A stretch of DNA of 63,972 bases, the filler included, from Choristocarpus tenellus KU-1152 (Eukaryota > Protista > Phaeophyceae), in NCBI GenBank assembly GCA_964200185.2. It is 9 parts of 9 records of this genome, joined end to end, with 100 filler letters (N's around TTAATTAATTAA, not from the genome) between each part and the next. Parts side by side here need not be neighbours in the genome. Positions count along the whole stretch, not along the records: positions 1 to 7,280 come from CAXNAD020006416.1; positions 7,381 to 12,450 come from CAXNAD020011980.1; 7 more parts are not named here. The stretch is one strand, 5' to 3'. How positions within the stretch are numbered: position 1 is the first letter of the stretch; the number at the start of each line of letters is the position of its first letter. Of this stretch, positions 1 through 11,623 are shown piece after piece. The notes under the pieces are model-generated. The model had not been told where the DNA came from. It did no database searches and saw only the letters and a list, made by a program, of their open reading frames with translations. Made by a program: the position numbers and the translations under genes.

Positions 1-33
1 TTCCAATCTAACCCAAACAACAATCCGGGGGTG

Positions 34-63
34 GCCCCCCCCCCCCCCCCAGATACTTTAGAC
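34..63 (+). mobile_element. MITE family A, right-end remnant
   Basis: Poly-C + AGATACTTTAGAC matches the family A right TIR. Confidence 0.5.
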
Positions 64-200
64 CTGAAAATAGGTCATATCTTTAATTTGTCACATGAAG
101 TTGGAGGGGGGAAGAATATACTCTATTATCCCTGGTTTTACGGTCTTTTGTTTCGCAAGAGATTGCTCAACAAAACGGCTATACCAATCCCATGTTACAG

Positions 201-725
201 AATACGTTTGGAAATGAGCTTATGACGGGATATCTCAGTACATCAACACAATCGCCATTGAGCAAGATCACCGTCGGAGCTCTGGCTGACCTGGGGTACA
301 TCGTGAAACCAAAATCTGTAAGTATTTGATTTGTGAATGAATCAAAACAATTAAGAGGTAGGCAGGTTTGAACCCTTTTGCATTCCAACCCTGCCTAGCG
401 CCCAGCTGGCTTAACCCAGATGATTGGAGTCTTACGAAGTACTATACTAGAGTTTAGAAAGCCATGTGTGCTTCAGGTGACAACTTGTGCCATTGGCACC
501 TGCATTCATACTTTCTCTTTGTCCTAAGTGTGTACTATTATATCTATCCCTCTTTCAAATTTCCAGGCGGATGACTACAGCCTCCCAAATGCCAATTTTA
601 ATGAGAGAGAGGGACAAGTCCTTGACCTTTCTAATTACATCAAGGCCGACCAAGTCCAAAAAATCTTACGCACTGACGGTACCGTGGTTGTCAAATTCGT
701 GGAAGGAGTTCTTGTTAGGGATTGA
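201..725 (+). CDS. Leishmanolysin-like (peptidase M8) zinc metalloprotease, last two exons (201-317, 567-725); 5' part outside the window
   Basis: Exon 201-317 (ttacag|...|gtaagt) reads NTFGNELMTGYLSTSTQSPLSKITVGALADLGYIVKPKS, containing the M8 Met-turn ELMTG and S-x-I-T-x-x-x-L-x-D-L-G-Y motifs. It splices in phase 0 to 567-725 (ttccag|ADDYSLP...VRD*). Confidence 0.8.
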
Positions 726-3013
726 GGTTATCAAGGACTAGGTTATGTGATATAATAGTGCATGTACACTAGATAGGGTTCGTTTGACTCCCTTGTTCAT
801 GTTGATGCTCATAGTGTATCACATGGTGTACTTTCGCATGTATCTTTTCTTCAATACACTTAATTTTCTGTTCTAAAATTGTTTATCTCATAATATTCCA
901 CTTTGTACCATAGATCTTGGTAGTTTGGTAACCCACGTGGATGTTGCAAATCGCATATGGTAGCATATACGTTGGGTCTTGCCCCCTCCTTAATGACTAT
1001 CGTCTATCAGAGGAACTGAGACCACAATGTCCCCAGTAACATCTAATGGCCGACAATAATATCAAGTATTGCCATATCATAACAATAACTTACACATCTT
1101 CTATGGGGCTGACAAGGATTAATCCGCAGACTATTTTGTACCTCGACGAGTTGTTTGGTTGTTGTGCTACCAGAAATACTGCAGTCTAGTCTGCCAAAGC
1201 TGGGAAGATAGGTCTTGACGAAATCACTCAAAGGAGGCAATGTGTTAGTGAATTTTCCTGGATCAAGCGAAACTGATGTCATTGATTAGGAAGATTCATG
1301 GTGCACTGACCTGAACAACGGTTGGTCGAGAAGTAGTCTGCTCGCAGAATGTGGACCCAAATGCAGTGTAGGATTGTTGCACAGGTGTACGTTAATCGAA
1401 AGTATTGACTGGAGTGGTTGTGGTAGGTGTTAAATTGTGCCTAGAAATCCAAACTCTAAAACTGAAAAGGTTGAGGCAACTGGAAAGGGGGAATGAATTT
1501 GTGTTGCAGGTAGATGGGTGTCGTGTGCACGTATGTATAATGTATGTTCGTATGCATGCGATGTGAGATATTTCTCTGGTACTCAATTGTAGAGATCATT
1601 GCGGGTTGGCTTCTTGTCCAGTGATAAAAAAATATTGTAGGGAAACGATTGTAGGAAAAACACCTTAGAGTGCATAATACTTGTGTGTTGAAGAGGTATT
1701 ATCCGGAATGCGACATGGGCAATGAAGGTGACCTGAGCAAGCAGGTTGGACTGGGTGGGTTGTCATCATGGACGTAAGTTACATAAATCTTCTTAGTATT
1801 TGGTGCTACTTCAAGTCGTGTGAAGAGAGGAGTACTCGGGCAATAGAAGGAGTTGCATGTTCGAGAAGTTAAATAAAGAATGACAAGAAGTGCTCACAAT
1901 GAGTTCTGGAAGAAAATGGTCTGTGCACATATCCATCACCCAAGAAATGAACAGGAAAGCGATTCATAGTCTCTAACTAGTAAGACTGGATCCCTCAGCA
2001 ATTTGGAGACTGAAGACCAATATGAACGACAAAATCTGTAACCAAAAATCAAATATAGGTCTAGTGAAGCGTTCATCTATCTCCTAAAATCATTTCTAGC
2101 GAATGAAATACACCAATATCTCGAACAATCTGCCACCAAAAACATGCTTCCACAGGTATGTCACGTTGGGACTAAAGTAGAAAAATCTTCACTGCGACAT
2201 TTTGAAACAAACATTTAATTTCGTAACATCTCCTAGTTCTCTTTGAAGCATTTTGTGAGTGATTGTAAAGCGACGTAGACATTTAGTTCAGGAAGAAGAG
2301 GACCTTAGTTGAACGTAACACAAGGAGACCCAACATATATTCAAACGCTCTAGAACATTACTCTTTTTTCTCTTCTTTGTTTTTGTCAACACAACAGTTA
2401 TTCTTGATTGTTATCATAACGTAACACATGAAGCAACCTTTACATACATTAGGAAAAAGTTATTTCAAATACGCCATTTGACAACAGAAGTAATTCGAGC
2501 TAGTGGTAGATCTTTCCCCTATTCGTAACCACAAATCATTCCATGACTGGATACTCTTGTTCTTTCAGTCATTACATATACTTACAAGGAGTCTTGTCTC
2601 CTGATAATACTCCAAGAGGACTTAATAAAACACCACAAAATTACAAAAAAAAGTAAGGAAATATAACTACAATAATAGAAGGTTGCCTATTCTCAATAGA
2701 TAAGCAATGCCTCCGTGGTTTCCCCTGTAAAACTTGGTAGAGGGCAGTATAGTGCACTTCTTGATCTCAATCTAGATCACACAGGTAGATTTAGCATTAC
2801 TCGGGCTGTTCTATATACACACAAGAAGGATCTATTACTCTCCTGGTATGTACCATGCACGCAATCACAACACACTCGAAGAAAGTGTGGGCCCAGCACT
2901 CAACATGGAATATGGTGTACTATTACTATGTAGTAGTTCCAACATCTTGAACCCACCCCATGGTCCCAACCTACAGTTTAGCACACACTGCAATAGTGCT
3001 TATTGATTTCAAA

Positions 3014-5996
3014 TTATGATGCACCGGCACCCCCTAGCTTTGATTGCTGCAGCTCGTCCACTTCCTTTTGAAGCTGCTCAAGTCTTGGTTGCAGAATTTC
3101 TTTCTCCTCCTCCAACCTCGCTCTCAGAAGTCCCATCCTAAGCAACAAATCCTCATGAATCAACTCTGCAGCGCTTCCTTCCCTTATTGGGTCACTGTAA
3201 TCCTTTGTCGAATAGTCATCGTGGTCTATCTTGAGGATTCCATCATAAGCCTCTATGAATCCATTCCTATTTCCCATCCCCAAGCCCAGAATAGGTTCCT
3301 CTAACTGCAACGTAGCTGCCCCAAATCCTTGCCGTGGATGGCCCCCAGAACAAGAAACACTGCTACCTGTTGTGGTCTCGACCCTTGCTTGCTCAGATTT
3401 ATCCTCGTTTTGGGGAGTGCAAGTGGTCAGACAACCACGAATAGAGTTGCTTCCAATTGGTGTTGTATCACATCTCTCGGTTAGGGCAGTAATCTCCCCC
3501 TTGGAAGAACGTGTCCTGTCAGCAATCTTATCATCCTCACGGGTATTATTCTTTGCATCCTCAACTCGAGCCAGGGCTCGGTGCAGGGCCGCCAGCTCTT
3601 TTCGGGCTGCTGCTTGCCGTTGGCTCATTTTTTGGAGAACTTGCAGGTGTTCCTCTGCTTCTGCCACCTTGGCCTGCCGAAGAGGAAAAGGAGGACGCCA
3701 AGGCGGTTTGTACATGTGTTTGACCCAAAATATCTGGGGGAGGGACTACACCAGGGTGTCCATTTGGGTCATAACCAGGAAAAGTGCACTTACATTATCC
3801 ACCCGACGTATGCAACCAAATCACCCAAAAATTGCGACTTGAAAAAATTGACCCCAAATAGACAGGTACCACCCTCCCCAGATACTTTTGAGTCTTTGAA
3901 GTGTGCAGTTGTGGAGCCTTGGGGTGTGCCCTTCTGGACAGGTTAGTCACACATGAGACGGAGAATAACTACACTACAGGATATGGGTTATGGGTGTTTC
4001 TAGGCCTAGAAGATGAATCTTAGCATTTCAAACTGAAACTTAGCCTAACGCTATATAATTTTCATGCGCAACATATGGTAGCCTGCAGCTCTTCATGTGT
4101 GAATGTGCCACAGCTCTATTGTAACGCCCTGATAACTACTTGAGAACCCTGAAATTACATAATGCATTAGGTATCAGGTAGGAACGATCCAGTGGAATTG
4201 AACACATGGAAGAAAAGGGTGACCAGACCTGCTCATGTATCAATTTTAGCACCAGTATGATGATTCGATCCGATAATATCACGCTAAACAAGAAACTCAC
4301 CTCAAGTGAAAGTGGCCTTTGCTCCTCTGAAGCTAACTGACGTTGCCCCGGAGCTTGGCCGCGATGTTTCAGCCCCAGCCCTACATCCTGCCTCATTTCT
4401 GATGCCTGCACTTGCACATTTGAAACACTCACCATAGCCTCTTCACCGTTTTCTAGCGGGTCCACTGATGAGTGTGAAGTTAAGGGCAAAAAAACGCTGT
4501 CAGCCTTGCACCCTGGACTGTGGGTGGAGGTCTCCTTATCCGAAATCAGTCTCAACCCTTTAGGACTTAATCTAGATCCACCCATTCCAGTGATGGTTCT
4601 GGCTGGAGCTGCTGAAGTTTCAATAGCCAGTTTATCTGTACCAGGTACAGCACCAGTGACAGCACCGCCTCCAGAGTAGGTTCTCACCCTTACACCATCC
4701 TCAAACTCTACCATTTCCGTCTTTTTGGGTTGCTGTGGCTGTGATTGGAGTAAAGTGGGAGACGGCGACAAGAGTTGCTGGGTGCTCACAGAAGTGCTCA
4801 CAGAAGACTCCACAGTGGTCTCTAGACCCCGTTCTTTCCCCTGCCCGTGCAATGACTCATTCTCAACTCTCTCCCAATCCCTCAGACACACGTCCTGCAA
4901 CCTTCCTTCCTCCACCTGTGGGGGAACCCCTTTGGTCTTGTTTTCGTTTTGATTGTACTGGCTCCTCTCACAAGAAATATCTTCTCCCCCTTCACCAAGA
5001 CCTCTGTCTTCTCTCCCACCTGACCCTAAGCCTGTACCTCTTGAAGGACTGTTGCCACTCATCCTGACACCAAAGCTTATCCCATCACGATAGCCCCCAG
5101 CTTCATTGACGATGTCCTTCTCAGCTGTTCCGCTGGTAACAAAAAGCCTGGGGGGGACACCCCTAACCCTATACCGCCATTGGTCCTTTTTCACCACATC
5201 CTCTGAGGCGTAAAGTTTGTTCATTTCTGTCAACACCCAATCAGGTACAGGGCTCCCTCCCATTTTTCCACCAGGTCCTTGCGCGGCCTCATCAAGCAGA
5301 AGCTCTAGTGGGCGGCGAGGGGCTGGTCGTTGTTGTCGCTGTTGACCTCCGAGTTGTACCGTGATACCTTTTCTTGGTGCTATGCCCCCATCACCCGCTT
5401 TCTCTGCAGTTCGTCTTGCCTTGCTTCCATCACCATCACCATGGCTCTGTAAATGACTGTTGAGAGGCAGATAAGGTTTGCCCTCTCTCAACAAGCTGGG
5501 GGTGCTCATCCGAATATCAGACACATGGAAACTGTTATCCTCTTGCACACCACCCCTGTCCACTTTACCACGAGGGAAGCTTTCTCTTGTCCCCCTTGTC
5601 CCCCATTCCCCCCTCAAGCCCCCTCGCTCCTCCTCTCCCCTGAGTGACTGAGGTGTGGGACCTGCCATAGTTCTCAGGCCCACTCCCACATCTGCACAGA
5701 CTGTTCTCAAGCCTTCCCAGTGCTCAACCCCTGCTTCAGGCCTTGTCCTTGGACCTACCCCTGTCCATGCATATGGCCCCCGTGCAGACCATTCCTGGGG
5801 CATATTACTCCCCTGTCTTGCTGCTACTTTAAGCCCTGATCTGGCTTGCCGCTCTATTCCCCTTGCAGCAGCAACACGCCTCCATTTGCGGGCACATCTC
5901 CCAACGCAATGCCAACGATGAGTGGCAATTTGTCCCTCCCTGACAGCAGCTTGTTCAATGCGTAAGAAGGCGTGTTGGCTTGCAGCGGAAGTCCAC
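3014..5996 (-). CDS. SFI1: Probable SFI1-like centrin-binding centriole protein, last two exons (5996-4301, 3673-3014)
   Basis: The open frame extends upstream of ORF 4136..5803 to caag|G at 5996, with donor GAG|gtgagt at 4300 and acceptor ggcag|GCC at 3673. It has a Trp-containing helical segment (VGRCARKWRR), an RPAPRRPLELLL motif, a long low-complexity linker and a terminal coiled coil (LSLEAKVAEAEEHL). This order resembles the animal SFI1 C-terminus as I recall it. The exon structure is firmer than the name. Confidence 0.55.
3722..3894 (+). mobile_element. MITE family A (about 170 bp), intronic
   Basis: GACCCAAAATATCTGGGG...CCCCAGATACTTTTGAGTC TIRs; flanks TTT/TTT. Confidence 0.85.
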
Positions 5997-6433
5997 CTTG
6001 CCGGTAGTTTTCATGGTCATGGAAGGGGAGATGGGGAAAATATGGGGGAGTTCCCTCAGGAAATCAAATCATCATCACATCTTGGGCAGTAAAATATTGG
6101 TTTGAGGGGAGAGGTGAATTGTTCAAGCGTTGATTGGTTTGAAGAGAAATCGAAAAAACAAAAAAATCAAGCGTTGGAGAGGTGAGAGTATTAGAGTTGC
6201 ATGGGAGTGAGGGGGAATTAAATGGAAAGGGAGCTTGGGTGACACAGACATCTCATTAACGCGGCCTAGCTTCAGCTGTGCACTGGGGCACTTTCAATCT
6301 CCCAAGAGTTCACACCAAGGGCCAAGCCAAAGCCATCATTGAGAACTGTTGAATTATACACGTAGGACGCATAGACGAGTCTTGTTTTCACAAGAAAAGC
6401 GACTCAACCGAAATAAACGATGACATGTCCCCC

Positions 6434-6580
6434 ATCAAATCAAATCAAATCAAATCAAATCAAATCAAACCAAATCAAATCAAATCAAATCAAATTAAAT
6501 CAACTTAAATTAAATCAAACCAAACCAAACCAAATCAAATCAAATCAAACCAAATTAAATCAACTTAAATTAAATCAACT
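6434..6580. repeat. (CAAAT)n pentanucleotide array
   Basis: Directly visible; gives spurious ORF 6420..6626. Confidence 0.95.
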
Positions 6581-6869
6581 TTGCCGAGAATCACGAGGAG
6601 CCTTAATTCAGTCCACGCGGACATAGGCACAAAAAATAAGAAAAAATAAGAAAAAAGAAAAGATCGATTACACAGTTGGTTTCAACTGTGATACCAATCA
6701 TTGTTTGATGAATTGAACAAATTGATTTGATTGGATGACACGATTCATAGAAACAAACAAAGAGACAGCCCCTAACCCTTTCCATTCACAATAGTCCTAC
6801 TGATCCCTCTCCCGTGTCTCCCTCTTCCTCTACACGAAAATATACCCCCCTAATGTTGTAAAAGAGACC

Positions 6870-6901
<32 letters not shown>

Positions 6902-6903
6902 CG
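6870..6903. repeat. (GGCA)n microsatellite
   Basis: Directly visible. Confidence 0.95.
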
Positions 6904-7280
6904 GCCTAATGTTGTAAAGGACAAAACACCCTAATGTTGTAAGCTGACAAAACACCTCTGGTGGTGTCTTGCATGAATCAAGATCCAATGGTCCAAACAA
7001 CGAATATCGTTCCGTATTTCTCATTTTTTAAAAAACTTTTTTAAAACTTAAAAAAAAAATTCTGTGGAGATTCGACAGGACTCTCTAAGATATTTTTTTC
7101 TTTTTTGGTCTGGAGAACTTAGGGTTAGGGTTAGGATTAACTTGTACAAAGATTTGGCATAATAGGTCAAGATTTGGCGCCTCTGGCAGGGGTCGCTCAT
7201 TGACTGAGGGGCCTTTCATCTTGTCAAAAAAAAAAAAAATACAATAAAAAAATAAATTTATTATTAATAATAATAATAAT

Positions 7281-7380
7281 NNNNNNNNNNNNNNNNNNNN
7301 NNNNNNNNNNNNNNNNNNNNNNNNTTAATTAATTAANNNNNNNNNNNNNNNNNNNNNNNNNNNNNNNNNNNNNNNNNNNN
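7281..7380. other. Artificial contig spacer (N44-TTAATTAATTAA-N44); identical spacers at 12451-12550, 19710-19809, 29637-29736, 43633-43732, 53630-53729, 58668-58767, 61365-61464
   Basis: Eight identical 100-nt blocks. TTAATTAATTAA places stop codons in all six frames, a standard concatenation linker. Confidence 0.98.
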
Positions 7381-7451
7381 ACATCAACATCGCAACATTG
7401 AATTCTACCCCCCAAATGGACGCGGCTCTACCCTCTAAGATACTTTGGCTC
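7381..7451 (-). mobile_element. MITE family B, partial (cut by contig start)
   Basis: ...CCAAATGGACGCGGCTCTACCCTCTAAGATACTTTGGCTC matches the family B end. Confidence 0.8.
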
Positions 7452-8460
7452 GGCTGGCCCCAACTCAGAAACAAGACAATGCATGCAGGGGGGTACTCAT
7501 CAGCACTGACTCAGGTGTGGGGTGTACAGCCAAGGCATAAGCTACATGTTTCCTCTCTACACTAGCAATAAGAGACATCACATTACCAACACCTGCACTC
7601 CCTTCAGCTCTGGCACGAGTTGCCTGTCTAGTCCTACCCAACTCAGAGCAAGGTTCACGGACTGGATTGGGAAGAAAGCCTTCCAGCTGGCAAGCGGCAG
7701 TACGGGCAGCTTTTGGGTCAGCAACTGCCTGAGGCAAGTGCTGTGAACTAAAGGATGAGACATAACCTATACTCCCTTTACCATCTCGAGTAGTGTCTCT
7801 GGACAGACTCATGTCAACCTGACCTCCCTCCCCATCACCAGGGGAAGAGTCAACGGCCAGATCCTTGACAATCTGACCTACGTTCCCTTCACCAGGGGGA
7901 GGATCATGAGTCAAATCATCTCGTTTGTTACCAAAGGACGGCCTCCTACCTAGAGCAAACCTGTCCTGACTTCCATCGCTACAGGAAGAGTCGTCAGAGA
8001 GGGATGAAGTGGAGGAGCAAGATGAACAAATAAATTGAACATCTAATGGTGAATCACCTACTTAGGGAAGGGAAATCTTATCCTGAAAACGAGGGTCTGC
8101 ATCAACCTCCCCCCCCCCCTTTCGCAAAGCGGGGCAACCTCTCCTACTGGGGCAAGACTAGGGTCCTTAGTGGAGAGCCAGTTCAGGTTACATGTAATAA
8201 CTATGGCACCGGTTGAAGTAAGAACACGGTACGCATCACGGGGGTGATTGATTCCCGGCCCCAGGTAAAAACACCATTGAGCCTTTTGGAAAGGCTTACG
8301 AGTTTACTAAGATGGCAAAAACCAGGTTAAAGAAATTGGTAGGTCAAAAGGGGTGCAGGGGTGAAGGGGTGCCATACCATATTTTGATATGATGATTTAC
8401 AACCAGGGTTAGCCGTGGTCGATGTTCAATTGAGTGAGTCACAGATATAGTGTTGAGCTT

Positions 8461-8718
8461 AGTGCAAAGTATCTTAGAGGGAACGATTTTTGCCCTGTTT
8501 GTCCGTTTGGGGCTTGACTTCCCACAGTTTTTTTTATGGCATTTTCCAACCCCAAAATGTTTCGGAGTAGGTAAAATGTGTACGTTATGAAAAGATGTGT
8601 CCAGAACAAGGATATTGACACTCCCTAAAAAACACGATAGCCAAAATTACATCAAAACCGGAACATTGGATTTTGGTCCCAAATGGACGCGACTCTACCC
8701 CCTAAGATATTTTGACTC
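8461..8718 (-). mobile_element. MITE family B (about 260 bp) inserted in Copia pol
   Basis: AAAGTATCTTAGAGGG...CCCCTAAGATATTTTGACTC; flanks CTT/CTT. Removal restores W-A-K-A-Q-H-Y-I-C-D-S-L-N. Confidence 0.88.
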
Positions 8719-8827
8719 CTTTTGCCCATAGAGAGTATATCTTGGGATAGTGTCATGGAGGGAAAGCAGTGGAGCTTGAAGGCGGCCAGCTAATGAAGCT
8801 TCGTCAATAACACCCAGAATGTGTTCA

Positions 8828-9086
8828 GAGCCAAACTATCTTAGAGGGTAGCGCCACGTCCATTTTGGGACCAAAATCCAATGTTGCGATTTTGATGTAA
8901 TTTTGGTTATCGTGTTTGTTAGGAAGTGTCAATGTCTATGTTTCGGACACACCTTTTCATAACGTAAACATTTTACCTACTCCGAAACATTTTGGAGTAG
9001 AAAAATGTCATAAAAAAGTCTATGGGAAGCCAAGCTCCAAATGGACAAACAGGGAAAAACTCATACCCTCTAAGATACTTTCACTC
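8828..9086 (+). mobile_element. MITE family B inserted in Copia integrase
   Basis: GAGCCAAACTATCTTAGAGGGTA...TACCCTCTAAGATACTTTCACTC; TSD TTCA/TTCA. Confidence 0.9.
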
Positions 9087-9350
9087 TTCAGCAACCCCAT
9101 TAGATTGAGGGCTTTCTGCAGGTGTAAACTCCTGTTTTATCCCCCGATCATGGCAAAGAGCACCGAAAGCACCCTCATAAAATTCCCCACTATTATCAGA
9201 CCGCACGCACATGACCCGAGAGGGAGTATCGTCAGCCCGGATATCGGCCAGGTACTTCTTGAAGACTTCGGTGGCATCCGACTTTGCATGAAGGAAATAC
9301 AACCAAACAAAACGAGAATAGTCGTCCCGGAATATCATAGTATATTGTTT

Positions 9351-10051
9351 GAGTCAAAGAATCTGAGAGGGTAGAGCTGCGTCCAATCGGGGGCCAAAAT
9401 CCAATGTTATGATTTTGATTTAATTTTGGAGCCAATCTATCTTAGAGGGGAGAGCCGCGTCCATTTGGGGGTCAAAATCCAATGTTGCGATTTTGATGTA
9501 ATCTTGGCTATCGTGTTTGTTAAGAAGTGTCAACATCCATGTTCTGAACACATATTTTCACAACATATAAACTTTACCAACTCCTAAACATTTTGGGGTA
9601 GGAAAATGCCATAAAACAACCCATGAGAAGTCAAGCCCCAAATGGACAAACAGGACAAAACTCGTACCCTCTAAGGTACTTTCGCTCTTGGCTATCGTGC
9701 TGTTAAGAAGTGTCAATATCCATATTCTGGAAATATATTTTCACAACATACACATTTCACCTACTCCGAAACATTCTGGGGTAGGAAAATGCCCAAAGTA
9801 TCTGGGAGGTGGGGGGGGTCTACACTAGGGTGTCCATATGGGTCAAAATCAGGAAAAGTGCATTTGCAGTAACCATCCGACATATGCAACCAAATCACCC
9901 AAAAATTGCGACATGAAAAACTGACCCCAAATAGACAGCCACCACCCCCTCCCAGATACTTTGAGTCAAAATGTCATAAAAAAAACGTGGGAAGCCAAGC
10001 CGCAAATGGACAAATAGGGCAAAACTCGTACCCTACAAGATACTTTCACCC
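9351..10051 (+). mobile_element. MITE family B carrying nested B (9429-9687) and nested A (9791-9967)
   Basis: Outer copy GAGTCAAAG...ACTTTCACCC with TTT/TTT; inner B with TTG/TTG; inner A with AAAAT/AAAAT. The outer consensus is restored when the inner copies are removed. Confidence 0.9.
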
Positions 10052-11623
10052 TTTACCGCCGATTGAAAGGGTAGTCCTCTTTCTACTTAGATTGACAAAA
10101 CCCGATCCAGCTTTCTCAATACCCTTGTAGATGTGCTGGACTGGACGCCCTTCCCTATGCCCTTGCTCATAGAGCAGCAGTCTGCACATGGCTCCAGCTC
10201 ACCCACCAATGTATGCCCATTGAAGTGGCGGTAGACTTGAGAAATGCCTCGTGTACGTGGCCATAAGAGCGATGGAAGAGGTTAATATCAACATCGATGT
10301 GGGGAGCGTGAGGTGCAAGCAAGGGGGCTACGGTGGCCTTCAAAGCAACTGCAGTATTTCGACCTGGTCACGGCAATATGCGTTGACCATGGAGGGTATA
10401 ATGACAACCAGGATCTCTTGCGAGGATAAGTTTGCCATCTAGTAACGAAAATGTACAGGCTGAGCAAGTGCTTTTTGCACCCGTATCTGATGCGACTTGG
10501 CAAGAAAAGAGATTGAAGCCAAGATCTGGGACATGCGTGACATTCTGGAGGAGTACCTCTACTTCCTTATTGTCACATGAGGGAAACAAGATGGTTAGAT
10601 CACCATGACCAGCAATGCAGAATGGTTTCTGACTGGCAGTGACCTCCCTTCAATCTGCTAAACAAGGCTTGTAGTTAGTCATGTATTTCAACCATGTTTG
10701 TCATGTGGCATGAAGTCGCACTGACGAAAATCCACTCTTCTCTCTCGCGGCCAACCCCAACACTTGACACCAAACATTCGTATACCCCACACTTGCCTGG
10801 AGCATTGCTTCTCGGAGAGCCATCAGTGGCGGCCAGTAGTGCGTACCACTCGTTATCGTCGCTGCTGACCGCACTTTCTACAGTAATGTGAGAAGGTTCC
10901 GCCTCAGTCTAGTTCTTTTCTTTCCTAGACTCCACCGTGGCCATGAACACTGAGGTACATGCTGTAGCATCATGAGCACGTCCACCACACTTGGTGCAAA
11001 TGCGGCTTGGGCAAGCTCCCTTCTCGTGTCCATTCTTACCACACCTCTCACAAGGAATCTTCTCGGAACATCTAGGGTTGGAATTAGAACGAATCATTTT
11101 TCTTCCTACGTCCACCATGAAATTTACGTTCCACCCCACGACCTTGGCGTTACGATGAGACTGATTCTTCCTCTGTGATGAGCTGCAAATGACCAAAGCG
11201 TGGCTGTTCTTGTGTCTTGAGTCCTTCCCCTCATGAATGGAAGCATATCACTCTCTAACAGTTTTCTCTATGTATGCTCGACATAGTGTGATCTGCGAGG
11301 CCATCATGTGTATCTTGGTATCGCAATCTGATCCGAGAGCACTCAGAAACTGTTGGAGCAGCAGCTTGTCTGAGATGACAAGTTCCATTGACATCATCCT
11401 CCCCCCTGTAGCTCCTCCAATTGGGTTAAGGTCAGGAGCGGATTCACTCCCTTCTCCACCTTCGAAGAGAAAACCTCAAGGAACATAGGTTGACTATTAC
11501 CCACTGCATTAGGCATGAACCAACCACCTACTGCTCAGAAAAGCTCTCGCTCGGGCTTTGGTGCGTATAGCATAGAGCCCTGGTGGTAGGTGCGACAAGA
11601 GCAACAGTAAGTGCATAGTAAGC

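Larger units (their letters stand above)
7452..11623 (-). mobile_element. Degenerate Ty1/Copia LTR retrotransposon (gag, protease, integrase, linker), interrupted by MITEs and by a second Copia
   Basis: Two CX2CX4HX4C knuckles (CERCGKNGHEKGAC, CTKCGGRAHDATAC; ORF 10909..11196). Protease remnant EEWIFVSATSCHMT near 10700-10745, and LQNVTHVPDLGFNLFS (10368..10589). Integrase GGKQYTMIFRDDYSR...VRSDNSGEF...PQSNGVAE. Downstream KAQWCFYLGPGINHPRDAYRVL near 8220-8290. Multiple stops and frameshifts. Confidence 0.93.

Noticed and set aside
900-2400. Possible degenerate transposase/retroelement coding remnant on the minus strand
   Set aside because: Translations are stop-ridden and I could not recognise any diagnostic motif.
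8916-9374. 152-aa plus-strand ORF and similar recurring peptides (VGSQAPNGQTGQK, IRKSAFTLS)
   Set aside because: Chance translations of MITE sequence and the antisense of integrase; the MITEs are non-coding.
8461-10051. Repeats separated by unique sequence resembling a CRISPR array
   Set aside because: The repeats are 170-260-bp TIR elements with TSDs, the intervening pieces are contiguous Copia integrase, and there are no cas genes.
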